Notes: generated from the letters alone by a model not told the origin. DNA of 64,000 nucleotides from Myxococcales bacterium (GCA_043747615.1 JAYTOU010000091.1:83925-147924), one strand, 5' to 3'; positions 9,543 through 19,400 are shown, counted from the stretch's first letter. A program made the numbers and translations.

Positions 9543-10570
9543 TTGTGGGCCTCGTAGGAGTGCACGAAGTCCACGACCGCTTGCACGTTCTCTACCGGAG
9601 TTTCCGGCAAAATCCCGTGTCCGAGGTTGAAGATGTGACCGGGCCGACCCGCAGCTGCATCGAGGATTCGCTTCGCGTGCTTCTGGGCAACGGCGGGTGG
9701 CGCGAAGAGCGTCGTGGGGTCGAGGTTGCCCTGGACGGCGTGATTCGGACCGACGCGGTCCCTGCCCTCGCCAAACGGCGTGCGCCAGTCGAGCCCGATC
9801 ACGTGACCCCCTGCGTCGCGCTGGAGATCGAGGAGCGCCTGGGTGCCGGTTCCGAAGTGGATCACGGGGACGCCGCAGGTCATCACGTCCTTCAAAATAT
9901 GGGCGACGTGCGGCTGCACGAACTCGATGTAGTCCTCACGATTTAGCTGACCGATCCACGAGTCGAAGAGCTGCACGCAGTCGGCCCCGGCGAGGATTTG
10001 CGCACGGAGGTAGCGGCGCACGACCTCGGAGAGTTTTCCCATCAGCGCGTTCCACGCCTCGGGATCCGAGTACATGAGCCTCTTGGTCTTCGCGAAGTGG
10101 GCGCTCTTTCCCCCTTCAATGAGGTAGCTCGCGAGTGTGAACGGCGCGCCCGCGAAGCCGATGAGCGGCAGCTTCCCGGTGAGCTCCTTCTTGATCGTGC
10201 GAATCGATTCGAGCACGTAGCCGAGGCCGTCCTCCGGCTCGATCACGCGCAACTTGTCGATCTGCGCGCGGCTGGTGATCGGCTCGTGGATGACCGGTCC
10301 CTCTCCCTTTGCGAACTCGAACGATGCGCCCATTGGCTCGAGTGGAAGCAAGATGTCTGCGAAGAGAATCGCCGCGTCGAAGCCGAGCTTGAGGGGCTGG
10401 AGGGTAACCTCGCAGGAGAGCTCCGGATTTTTGCAGAGCTCGATCAGCGTGTACTTGGCTCGGAGCGCACGGTACTCCGGCATGTAACGCCCCGCTTGGC
10501 GCATGAACCAAACCGGAGTCACGTCGACGGGCTCGCGACGGCATGCGCGCAGAAAGCGATCATTCATCAT
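9539..10570 (-). CDS. hemE: Uroporphyrinogen decarboxylase
   Basis: PVWFMRQAGRYMPEYR, LIGFAGAPFTLASY, QGNLDP, NLGHGI. Confidence 0.97.
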   Translation of the reverse strand: MMNDRFLRACRREPVDVTPVWFMRQAGRYMPEYRALRAKYTLIELCKNPELSCEVTLQPLKLGFDAAILFADILLPLEPMGASFEFAKGEGPVIHEPITSRAQIDKLRVIEPEDGLGYVLESIRTIKKELTGKLPLIGFAGAPFTLASYLIEGGKSAHFAKTKRLMYSDPEAWNALMGKLSEVVRRYLRAQILAGADCVQLFDSWIGQLNREDYIEFVQPHVAHILKDVMTCGVPVIHFGTGTQALLDLQRDAGGHVIGLDWRTPFGEGRDRVGPNHAVQGNLDPTTLFAPPAVAQKHAKRILDAAAGRPGHIFNLGHGILPETPVENVQAVVDFVHSYEAHK

Positions 10571-10757
10571 GTGCCCGTCAGACTAGCGCAGGATTGCGAA
10601 GAGACGGCGAAGCGTTTAGCGGGGCACCAGCCATATTGGTCCCCCGTCGATTCGTCGGACTCATATCCCTCTGCCTGCTCGCCCATCGCGCGTGCGCGTC
10701 CGCATCGCACCGTTCGTCGGTGACGATCGCGACACGAGCAACGTGACGAGCTAGATC

Positions 10758-12794
10758 CTACGATTTCTGGTTGTAGTTGGTATTTTCCAGCAGGATCACG
10801 TTCGACTTCGAGCGGGTCTCGCCCACGCTCGTGATGTACACGGCGGGATCGTCTTGAACCGGGCAGACTTTTTCGCACGCGCCGCAGCCGATGCACAAGC
10901 TCGGGTCCACGTGAGGGCGCTGCAGATGGACGGTCTTCATCGCGGGCTGCGCGCCGTCGGGGCCGGGCTTCGAGTCGCGCACCTGAGCGTCGACCTCTTC
11001 CACCCAGATCGCTTTCGGCGACGTCGGACAGAACTCTTCGCAGACGATGCAGGGCGTCTGCATGCTCCAAGGCAGGCAGCGTCCCTGGTTGTAGAACGCC
11101 GTCCCGATCTTGATCGGCGGAATACCTTTTCCCTGTTTTTCTTTTTCGGTGATCTTCTGGATCGCCCCTGTCGGACACACCTGGCCGCAGAGAACGCAGG
11201 AGTGCTCGCAGTAGCCGATGCGCGCAATGAGGATGGGCGTCCAGATGCCCTCTACGCCCGCTTCGAGAAACGCAGGGTGGAGCGCGTTGTTCGGACAGAC
11301 CTTCATGCACTCGGCGCAGCGAATGCACCGCTCGAGAAAGGCGCGCTCTTCCACTGCACCCGGGGGGCGGATCACCTTCGACTGGTAGTTGACGTCCATC
11401 GTGTCGGCGATGCGCGCCGCGGGGAGAAAGAGGGCTCCCGCTCCTGCAGCTGCGAGGGCGGTGCGCCGCTCGACGTCGGGCCTGGTGATGGCGCTCCGGC
11501 GGTTGGGGAGGAAGCGAAACTTGATCACGTCCTCGGGGCACGAGGCTTCGCAGTTCATGCACATGTGGCATTCGTCCTGCCGCCACTTCACCCCGCCTTG
11601 GGGGCTGTCCGCGCCCTGGCAGTTGACGAGGCACAGGTTGCAATCCGTGCACTTTGCATGATCCTTCTCCATCCCGAAGAGCGCAAAGCGAGAAAACACG
11701 CCTAAAAACGCGCCGAGCGGGCACAGGACGCGGCACCAAAATCGCGGAATGAAGCGGTTCGCAAAGAGGACGGCAATGAGGAGAAAAACGATCAGCCACG
11801 TCTGGTGGAAGTAGAACTGATGCGACTGCCACACCGCGTGCGAGAGAAAATCCTGGGTGCGATCCGCGGCACCCTGAATGGGACGCGAGGGGATCGTGGC
11901 CGCAGCCCCGAGACCGCGCGCGCCCAGGTACTGCGCGGCAGGGATGACGCCGAGCCCGATCGAACGCACCGCGATGCAGATCGGATCGAAGAGACCGCCG
12001 ATCGCGCTGCCGCCCACCGCGGCGAGCAGGAACGCGTACATCAGGTAGTATTTCGCGCGCTGGTAGACGTGCGTCTTGTTCGCTTCGACGCGTAAGCCGC
12101 CGCGCCCCCGACGGCTCGGGAGGATCCAGCCGAAGAAATGGTGGAGCGTGCCGAACGGGCAAATCCAGCCGCAGAAGACACGTCCGACGACGAGCGTGAC
12201 GGCAAGGAGACCCACGCTCCAGAGGAGCCCGCGGTAAACGGTGTGCGTGGAGAGGACAGTCATCGCCGCAACGAACGGATCGGCGAGGAGGTAAGCCTCG
12301 ACCGGGAGCGGCAGACGCACCGGCGTGTCCGACTGCGCTGCGAACGTGCCGCGGAACGCCGTCTGGAAGAGGAAGTACATGAAGAGGCCGAAGAAGAAGA
12401 CCTGAGAAATTCTTCGCGCCCACACCAGGCCACGGATGATCGGCCGCGCCGGAATTCCCGAGCCCGGAAGCTTTGGATCCTGCTTCTTGGGCTTCGACGG
12501 GGCTGGCGCCGCTGCGGCTCCGGCGTCGATCCCGAGCATCTGCGCCATCGCATCCACGCGCGACGCGGCCGCCGCGGTCATCTTCGCCGGGTCTTTCGCG
12601 GTCGCGCCCTTCGTGGTCGCGAGCAGGGGCGCACGCAGGACCCACGACGTGTCGCGATCGATCGAAGCCACGACGCCGACCCTCCCCGTCTTCCACGGAA
12701 TCGGCTCCGGGAAAGTTGCGTTGAGCTCGGACGGAGGTGGAAGGATATTCGCGACGTCGAGGACCGCCGCGCCGTGTGAAGTTTGCGCAGCCAA
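10758..12794 (-). CDS. Membrane polyferredoxin (NapH/MauN-like membrane part fused to NapG/MauM-like 4Fe-4S domains)
   Basis: GRVFCGWICPFG, RFWCRVLCPLG, several CxxCxxCxxxC motifs, IRPPG; TTG start 2 nt after upstream stop with GGAGG SD. Confidence 0.88.
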   Translation of the reverse strand: MAAQTSHGAAVLDVANILPPPSELNATFPEPIPWKTGRVGVVASIDRDTSWVLRAPLLATTKGATAKDPAKMTAAAASRVDAMAQMLGIDAGAAAAPAPSKPKKQDPKLPGSGIPARPIIRGLVWARRISQVFFFGLFMYFLFQTAFRGTFAAQSDTPVRLPLPVEAYLLADPFVAAMTVLSTHTVYRGLLWSVGLLAVTLVVGRVFCGWICPFGTLHHFFGWILPSRRGRGGLRVEANKTHVYQRAKYYLMYAFLLAAVGGSAIGGLFDPICIAVRSIGLGVIPAAQYLGARGLGAAATIPSRPIQGAADRTQDFLSHAVWQSHQFYFHQTWLIVFLLIAVLFANRFIPRFWCRVLCPLGAFLGVFSRFALFGMEKDHAKCTDCNLCLVNCQGADSPQGGVKWRQDECHMCMNCEASCPEDVIKFRFLPNRRSAITRPDVERRTALAAAGAGALFLPAARIADTMDVNYQSKVIRPPGAVEERAFLERCIRCAECMKVCPNNALHPAFLEAGVEGIWTPILIARIGYCEHSCVLCGQVCPTGAIQKITEKEKQGKGIPPIKIGTAFYNQGRCLPWSMQTPCIVCEEFCPTSPKAIWVEEVDAQVRDSKPGPDGAQPAMKTVHLQRPHVDPSLCIGCGACEKVCPVQDDPAVYITSVGETRSKSNVILLENTNYNQKS

Positions 12795-12796
12795 CG

Positions 12797-13861
12797 CTAG
12801 ACCTCCATTACCCGGAGGTTCTCCCAGAACATCGTGCCGATGCCGCGCTCGTGACCCATTTTCAGGTACGGGATGTTGTCGCGGTGCTGGCCGATGAGCG
12901 TGCACGCGAAGGCGTCGGCGGCGACCTGATCGACCGAGGCAATGACCGTGTGCATCTCTTTCGTGTCGTCGATGTTGCCGCCCTGGGGGCCATTGCGCAT
13001 GAGAACGCGGACGGCGTCGATGATGGTGAGCGACGGGCGCATGAAGGTCGCCAGATCGGCGATCGAGGTGTCGATGTTCTGATGGAGCCTGTTTCTACGG
13101 CCGCCGAGGACGCCGTACCAATTTTTCATCGCCGCGGTGAACTTGGCGAGGTTGTGGTGCTTGGCGACGGGGACGTTGATCACCTTGTCGGCGTCGACGA
13201 GGGTCGTGAAGATCGGCCACTCGTCGAGGACGTCGCCCTTGAGACGCATGGTGCGGTAGCGATGCTCGGCCGGGAGAATCACTTCGGCACCGAGCGCGTA
13301 CGCCTTGCGCCAGATGCCCGAACGCTGAAAGCAGCGATTGGGATCGTTGCACGAGCCGTCGGCCACGCGCACCGTTTTGGCCCCGGCCTCGAACGCCATC
13401 TGGACGACGGCGCCGACCACGTCTGGATTCGTGTTCGCAGCGTGGATGGGCATGCGATCCCAGCCGATGTTCGGCTTGATGACCACTACGTCGCCGCGGC
13501 TGACGAAGCGTTCCATCCCGCCCATCGCGGCCATCGCATTGCGGACGAGCTGCTCCGGCGAGAGCCGCGGACCTTCGAGCACAGACGCGCCCGGCTGCCG
13601 CATAGGCTGGTTCGAGCGGGCAATGGCGAGCTCGGCAAACTCATGTTGCGACGATGAAACGCGGTAGTCGCGCACCTGCCGTGAGCCGGTTCCCTCTGCG
13701 ACGCCGAACCCGCCTTTGTGATCCCAGAGCGCGCGTCCGAGCGCCGCCGACCCCACGAGCACGCCCGCGGCCGCTCCGACGCGAACGAGCACGTCACGCC
13801 GCGAAGGGCGATCCTGGTCTGACCCGACGCCTGAAGCGTGGTCTTTTCCGAGCGGCTTCAC
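12797..13861 (-). CDS. DUF362 family Fe-S protein with twin-arginine signal
   Basis: SRRDVL Tat motif; VVIKPNIGW, TNPDVV, INVPVAKHH, MKNWYG, DQVAAD. Confidence 0.88.
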   Translation of the reverse strand: MKPLGKDHASGVGSDQDRPSRRDVLVRVGAAAGVLVGSAALGRALWDHKGGFGVAEGTGSRQVRDYRVSSSQHEFAELAIARSNQPMRQPGASVLEGPRLSPEQLVRNAMAAMGGMERFVSRGDVVVIKPNIGWDRMPIHAANTNPDVVGAVVQMAFEAGAKTVRVADGSCNDPNRCFQRSGIWRKAYALGAEVILPAEHRYRTMRLKGDVLDEWPIFTTLVDADKVINVPVAKHHNLAKFTAAMKNWYGVLGGRRNRLHQNIDTSIADLATFMRPSLTIIDAVRVLMRNGPQGGNIDDTKEMHTVIASVDQVAADAFACTLIGQHRDNIPYLKMGHERGIGTMFWENLRVMEV

Positions 13862-13941
13862 GAGTTATCCATACCTCCTGCCACGCGGGGGCGGCAACTC
13901 ACAGGCCTATTTTTTGGCTTCATTCGTATACACTCGCCCCC

Positions 13942-15399
13942 GTGTCAGACGCGTCCGCCCGCCGCATCCTCGAGGGGCCCCTTGGATGGGAGGTAGCGCG
14001 CTTCGGCGTCCCCCTCGCGGTGGGGATGGCCCTCCAGACGACTTTCAATCTGGTCGACGCTTACCTGATTGCCCAGCTCCCGCGAGATGAAGTGGGTCCG
14101 GCCATCGGCGCTCTCGGCATCTGCGACCAGGTAGCGGCCCTCGGGACCATCCTCAGTTATGGAGTCTCCACGGCGACCGGCGCCATCCTCGCAAACCAAA
14201 AAGGCTCGAAGGACGAGCGGGGAATTCAGCACACGGCGTGGCAGTCGATCCTCATCGTTGCCGCCCTCAGCGTGGCCTTCGGCGTGATCGGACTGGCGCT
14301 CGCGGGGCCTGTCGTGCGTGACGTCATCGGCGCCAAAGGCGGGGTGGCGGTGGTCGCCACGCGCTACCTGCGGGTCATCGTCGGAGGCAGCTTCTCGATC
14401 TTCTTCCTTCTGCAGCTGACGAGCATCCAACGTGCGCTGGGATCGGCGAAGACCCCCGTCGCGCTCATGGCTCTCGGGAACGTCTTGAACGTGTTCTTGG
14501 CGCTGCTCTTCATTTTTGGGCCGGGGCCCGCGCCGACCGGTCTCGGGTGGTGCGCGGCGGTGGCCAGAGCACTGCACATCCCGCGCATGGGCATGCTCGG
14601 TGCGGCGTGGGCGACGATCCTTGCGCGGACCCTCGTGCTCATCCCGAACCTCATCGTGCTCGCGCGCCGCTTCAAGATCGTCAGGCCTCCGGCCGGTGCA
14701 CGCGGTCCGGATCCAAAGGAGCTTAAGCGCATCATCGGCCTCGCGTGGCCGTCGAGCGCGCAGTTCGTCATCCGGATCATGGCGATGCTCCTGCTCAACT
14801 CGCTCGTCGCGCGCTTCTTCACGACAGAGACGGATCAGACCGCGACCACCGCTGTCGGCCTTGTTTTTCGGCTCGACACGATGGCCCTCTTCGTCGCCAT
14901 GGGCTGGGGGAGCGCGGCGCAAACCTTTGTCGGACAGAACTTGGGCGCCGGGCACGACGCGCGCGCAAAAAAGAGCGGATGGGTCACCGCCATTTACGAC
15001 GCCGTCACCAACCTCGCTCTGATAGCCTTGCTCTTCTACGCTGGAGAGCGGATCCTTCGCCTCTTCGACGACGATTCAGGGCCGATCGCGATCGCCCTCT
15101 CCTACCTCCGGATCGTCGCACCGACCTACGTGGCCTTGGGCTTCGGCGTCGTGCTCGGCAATGCGATGGCCGGGGCGGGAGCGACACGTACGACCATGTG
15201 GATCGACGTCGCGGTCATCCTCGGGTTCCAGACGCCGTTGTGCATTCTGGCGACGGTCTTCTTTCACACGCCGATCGAGGGGCTATTTCGCTGCGTCGCC
15301 GTTACCAACGTCGTGAGCGCAGTCGTCTATACGGTCGTCTATGCGCGCGGCACCTGGCGTGGCGCGGTGAACAAACACGTCGCGGCGGCGGCGACCTGA
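13942..15399 (+). CDS. MATE family efflux transporter
   Basis: ILEGP, NLVD, NVLNV.L, GMLGAAWAT, FVGQNLGAG; about 12 hydrophobic segments; GTG start chosen by TACACT box. Confidence 0.9.
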   Translation: MSDASARRILEGPLGWEVARFGVPLAVGMALQTTFNLVDAYLIAQLPRDEVGPAIGALGICDQVAALGTILSYGVSTATGAILANQKGSKDERGIQHTAWQSILIVAALSVAFGVIGLALAGPVVRDVIGAKGGVAVVATRYLRVIVGGSFSIFFLLQLTSIQRALGSAKTPVALMALGNVLNVFLALLFIFGPGPAPTGLGWCAAVARALHIPRMGMLGAAWATILARTLVLIPNLIVLARRFKIVRPPAGARGPDPKELKRIIGLAWPSSAQFVIRIMAMLLLNSLVARFFTTETDQTATTAVGLVFRLDTMALFVAMGWGSAAQTFVGQNLGAGHDARAKKSGWVTAIYDAVTNLALIALLFYAGERILRLFDDDSGPIAIALSYLRIVAPTYVALGFGVVLGNAMAGAGATRTTMWIDVAVILGFQTPLCILATVFFHTPIEGLFRCVAVTNVVSAVVYTVVYARGTWRGAVNKHVAAAAT

Positions 15400-15401
15400 C
15401 C

Positions 15402-15628
15402 ATGCTTCGAGCCAAGCGCGTCCTGATCACCCTCGCTGCTCTTTACCTCGGGTGCTCGTCGTGCATGGAGACGCGGACGAGGTCGTCCCGGTAGGCATGG
15501 GAAAAGAAGTCGCCGCCGCGTTTCCCAGGGCGAAGCTCATCGTCGTTCACGGCGGTCACCACAATGACCTCTTCGCGACCCAAGAAGTCTTTGCGGCGAT
15601 CCTCGCCTTCGTCGACGCGCTCCCGTGA
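15402..15628 (+). pseudogene. Alpha/beta hydrolase remnant with large internal deletion
   Basis: MLRAKRVLITLAALYLG (membrane anchor) joined out of frame to VLVVHGDADEVVP...GGHHNDLF...stop; the GxSxG core is missing. Confidence 0.8.
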
Positions 15629-15648
15629 GACCGCGCACGGCGTAGTGA

Positions 15649-17229
15649 TCAGTTCGACGGTTTTCCGTGACCGGGGCCGAGGATCTCGGCCATCTTAGCC
15701 TTGGCGTCGAACTCGTGAACGTGAGGAGCGTGGTGACACGTCAGGCACGGCTCCCCTTGCGGCTTGGGGATCGGCACCTTCACCTTTTTGGGGCTCCCTG
15801 CGTGCTTCGAGCCGGGCCCGTGACACACCTCGCAGCCCACGTTCTCGAGGCTCGCGACGTGGGTGACAGTGCTTCCGCCGGGGAGATCGTAGCCGGTGAC
15901 GTGGCAGCTCACGCAATCGAGGTTGAACTCCTTGAACTGCTTCGAGAGCGTGGCGTACGCGTGCGCGTGGGCGGTCTTGTCCCAGACGTCCTTCGGGTCG
16001 AGGTGGCAGGTGCTACAGTTGTCAGTCCCCACGTAGCTCGCTTCCCCGGCCGGGGCAGGGCGCGGCTTTCGGTCCGCGAACGCCAGCTTGTTCGCTTCGT
16101 TTACTTGCTTGTAATATGCAAGCATCTGCGCGGTGACCCTTTTGTCTTTTCCGAGGGTGTCGCGCACCTCCGTCACCGCGTAGCGAAAGAAGCTGCCGCT
16201 CGCCGGCGCGGGGCGGTGATCGAGCTCCACCCGCTGGGCCTCGAGCTTCGCGAGATCCGTACGGCGCGCGTCGATGTCGGCCTTCGCGACTTTTCCGTCT
16301 TGCTCCCAAATAGCGATCCGCTTGTGGAGCTCGTCGATCCGGCGGGCGAGGTCCGCGCGCTTTCGTGCGTCGTCGAGGCCGCTCGCGTCGGCGAACGTGA
16401 AGGACCCTTCGCGCACGAAGAGGTCGAGCACGGCGACGGTGGTGAGGTGGTTACCGGTTTGGGCCACGATGACGTTTCCGATTCGCTCACCCGGCGGCGA
16501 CTCGGTGTTCGCGTCTCCTTCCCCACCGGGCGAGCCGGCGACGACGGCGGTGAGCTCCGGTACGGCGTCGGCGATCCGCTTGGCCTCTCCTCGACCGACC
16601 GCAGCCAGCGCCACGACAACCTTCGCGCCCGCCTTTCGCACGACCGCGAGCTGCTCTTTCACGGCGTCGATCGACGGCTTTTCAGGCGCGCCCGTGGCAA
16701 CCGCGCTCACGCCGACGAAGCCCACCGTGACACCGTTGATCTCGCGCACGAACGGGAGCGGCGACGCCCCACTCTCGGCGCGGAGGTGATCGAGCTCCCC
16801 TTCGCCCGCGGCAAAATCGTTCTTGCCGGGAGCGAACGCGACGAGGCCCATCTGCTTGAAGGACACTGCCATCGTCTTTGCTTTGGCGACGTCCTGACTC
16901 TTGTGATCGTCCTTCAACGTCGGGTCCATGAAGAAGAACGGTCCCGCACTGAGAAACGCGCTCGCGGGCGCGCTCGCACGCTCCGCTTCCACGTACGCGG
17001 CGAGGTGGTCCACGCCACCCAGTTGGTCCTTCACGCATCCGCAGGGCTCCAGGGCGCCGGACGGATCGGACACGATGTACAGGCGCAAGGTTGGGGCGCT
17101 TTTCCCGTCTTTAGGTGGGCCGGAAGGCTGCGGCGAGGGGTGACAGCCTTGGCATGCACCGAGGCTGCACACGAAGAGAGCGAGCGACATCAAGCGGTGA
17201 ATTGAGGAGAGCGGATGAGAAGCAGTCAT
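15649..17229 (-). CDS. Lipoprotein: degenerate 5'-nucleotidase (UshA)-like domain, coiled coil, tetraheme cytochrome c (c554-like)
   Basis: SLGAC lipobox; GALEPCGC..QLGG; CSTCH, CVSCH, CEVCHGPGSKH, CLTCH; start could be 17190. Confidence 0.85.
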   Translation of the reverse strand: MTASHPLSSIHRLMSLALFVCSLGACQGCHPSPQPSGPPKDGKSAPTLRLYIVSDPSGALEPCGCVKDQLGGVDHLAAYVEAERASAPASAFLSAGPFFFMDPTLKDDHKSQDVAKAKTMAVSFKQMGLVAFAPGKNDFAAGEGELDHLRAESGASPLPFVREINGVTVGFVGVSAVATGAPEKPSIDAVKEQLAVVRKAGAKVVVALAAVGRGEAKRIADAVPELTAVVAGSPGGEGDANTESPPGERIGNVIVAQTGNHLTTVAVLDLFVREGSFTFADASGLDDARKRADLARRIDELHKRIAIWEQDGKVAKADIDARRTDLAKLEAQRVELDHRPAPASGSFFRYAVTEVRDTLGKDKRVTAQMLAYYKQVNEANKLAFADRKPRPAPAGEASYVGTDNCSTCHLDPKDVWDKTAHAHAYATLSKQFKEFNLDCVSCHVTGYDLPGGSTVTHVASLENVGCEVCHGPGSKHAGSPKKVKVPIPKPQGEPCLTCHHAPHVHEFDAKAKMAEILGPGHGKPSN

Positions 17230-17284
17230 GTGATTTGGCTCAGATTCATTTGTGAACGTCGGGCCTACAGTTACTCTACCCAAC

Positions 17285-19396
17285 GTGCCAACGGACGACC
17301 CGCCGAAGCGAGGGGTTCCGCAACCAATTCGCGGAGGACCGATTCCTTTCGGTCCCTACCTCCTCGACGCCCGCATTGCGGTCGGGGGCACGGCGGAAGT
17401 GTATTTGGCGCGACCCAGGGCGGAATCCAAGGGCTCGGTCCCGCGGTTGATCGTCAAGCGCCTGCTCCCTCATTTCCTCACCGACCCAGATGGTCGGACG
17501 ATGTTCGAGCGCGAAGCGCTGCTCCACGCGGCGGTGACGCACCCGAACGTGGTCAAGGTATTCGAGTCGGGCACGAGCGAGTCGGGCGAACCTTACTTGG
17601 CCATGGAGTACATCGACGGGGTCGATGCGTACCGACTGCTTCGCCGCATTCACAAGGACGGACGGCTGTGCCCGCCCCACGTCAGCGTTCACATCATCCG
17701 CGAGGTGCTCAAGGCGCTCGCGAGCGTGCACGGCGCACGAGATCCATCCGGGGACCCCATGGGGATCATCCATCGCGACGTGACCCCCTCCAACCTTTAC
17801 CTCTCGAAGGACGGAGACGTGAAGCTCGGGGACTTCGGGATCGCGCGCTCCACTAGGCGCTCGACTATGCGAAACGCGGCGAGCGCGATGCTCAAGGGAA
17901 AGATCGCCTACCTCGCACCGGAGCAAGTCGCCGGCGAGCCCTTCGACGCGCGCGCCGATCTCTTTAGCGTGGCGGCGGTCCTGGCCGAGATGCTCATTGG
18001 AAAGCCTCTTTTCCCGGGCGCGGGGCAGCTCGCCATTCTTCTGGCGATCCGCGATTGCCGCATCGAGCCACTCCGCGAAGTGAAGGACAAGCTCCCGGCA
18101 GGGCTCTTCGATGTGCTCGAGCGTGCTCTCGCGCGCGAAGCGAATGGACGGTTTCAGACCGCCGCGACGTTCGGTGAGGCCTTGGCCCCGTTTGATCCCC
18201 ACCCCGACGTCACCCACAAGGAGCTCGCGTTCCTGGTGACGCGCGCGCAAGCCACGCAGTCGGGCGATGCGATGAAAGCGGTGCGCGAGAGTGCGAGCGC
18301 CATGCGCGCGGCGAGGGTCGAGCCTCCACCCGCACAACGCCATGAAACGCGCCAGAACGACGCCGCTCCCCCAGGACTTGCCCCGTCGGGGGAAGAGCCG
18401 ACGACTGCGCGCTACGCCGGGCTCCCCTCGTTCGTGGTGACCTCGGATGGAACGCGGCACGGGCCGTGGACGTTCGCACAGCTGGTAGAGGCGCTGGCAA
18501 CTGGGGAAGTCGGACGCGGGGATCAGGTTGGTTACATGGGCCGAGATCTCAAGGCGGTCGAGGAGATCGAAGACCTCGTGCGCTTTCTCCAGCCCCAAAG
18601 TGTCACCACGAATCAGCTCAGCGGGCCCGGAGCGCCGGATTTCATCGACGATCTGGCGGCGACGCCCATGCTCGACGTGCTCCTTCGCGTCCTCGAAAAT
18701 CACGAGACCGGAGTGCTCTTCGCGGAGCGCACTGCGGCAGGCATCGACGAGGCGAGTCGCAAGGAGCTCTACTTCCTCGACGGCAAGCTCCATCACGTGG
18801 CGTCGAGCAACGCGAGCGAGCTCCTCGGCGAGTACCTCGTTCGTCGCGGTCGCATCGAGCGTGAAGAGCTCGATCTCGCACTCGCCGTCTTGCCTCGCTA
18901 CAACGGCCGGATCGGGGACACGCTCATCGCCCTCGGCCTGGCCAATCCACTAGACATCGTCCGCGCCATCCGCGAACAGGGAAGAGATCGCGTGGCCGAC
19001 ATCTTCACGTGGAAGCAGGGAAAAGTAAGCTTCTATCGTGGCCAGGCCGCGCCGCACGTCGAGTTCCCGCTCGCCCTCGATCTGCCGGCGCTCATCCTCG
19101 CCGGGCTCGAAGCATCGGAGCCCGGAGATGCGCCCCTCGACGCTTTTCGGGGCTGGCTCGACAACACGCTCCTCCGCGGCCCCGCAGACCGGCGCGGGCT
19201 CGTGCGCGGGATCAAGTGGCCTCCTGTGGTGACCGGCGTGATGGCCGTGTGCTCTGGGCCGCTCACCCTGCGCGAGCTCCTGCAGAAGACTTCGGGCGGA
19301 GGCGCGACTACCGCAGGAGCCACCAGCGCGGGCGACGTTCTGCGCGTGCTTCGCGTGCTCCTCGCCGGAAAGCTCCTCGCCTGGAAGGAGCCGTAA
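17285..19396 (+). CDS. Ser/Thr protein kinase with GYF_2-like and DUF4388/PATAN-like C-terminal domains
   Basis: VKR, HRDVTPSN, DFG, YLAPE; HGPWT..L...GEV; LGEYLV..G.I....L..AL; start refined by TACTCT box. Confidence 0.9.
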   Translation: MPTDDPPKRGVPQPIRGGPIPFGPYLLDARIAVGGTAEVYLARPRAESKGSVPRLIVKRLLPHFLTDPDGRTMFEREALLHAAVTHPNVVKVFESGTSESGEPYLAMEYIDGVDAYRLLRRIHKDGRLCPPHVSVHIIREVLKALASVHGARDPSGDPMGIIHRDVTPSNLYLSKDGDVKLGDFGIARSTRRSTMRNAASAMLKGKIAYLAPEQVAGEPFDARADLFSVAAVLAEMLIGKPLFPGAGQLAILLAIRDCRIEPLREVKDKLPAGLFDVLERALAREANGRFQTAATFGEALAPFDPHPDVTHKELAFLVTRAQATQSGDAMKAVRESASAMRAARVEPPPAQRHETRQNDAAPPGLAPSGEEPTTARYAGLPSFVVTSDGTRHGPWTFAQLVEALATGEVGRGDQVGYMGRDLKAVEEIEDLVRFLQPQSVTTNQLSGPGAPDFIDDLAATPMLDVLLRVLENHETGVLFAERTAAGIDEASRKELYFLDGKLHHVASSNASELLGEYLVRRGRIEREELDLALAVLPRYNGRIGDTLIALGLANPLDIVRAIREQGRDRVADIFTWKQGKVSFYRGQAAPHVEFPLALDLPALILAGLEASEPGDAPLDAFRGWLDNTLLRGPADRRGLVRGIKWPPVVTGVMAVCSGPLTLRELLQKTSGGGATTAGATSAGDVLRVLRVLLAGKLLAWKEP

Positions 19397-19400
19397 GAGC

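Noticed and set aside
10586..10757. Small ORF or RNA between the polyferredoxin and hemE
   Set aside because: Only a short imperfect hairpin and no convincing coding signal
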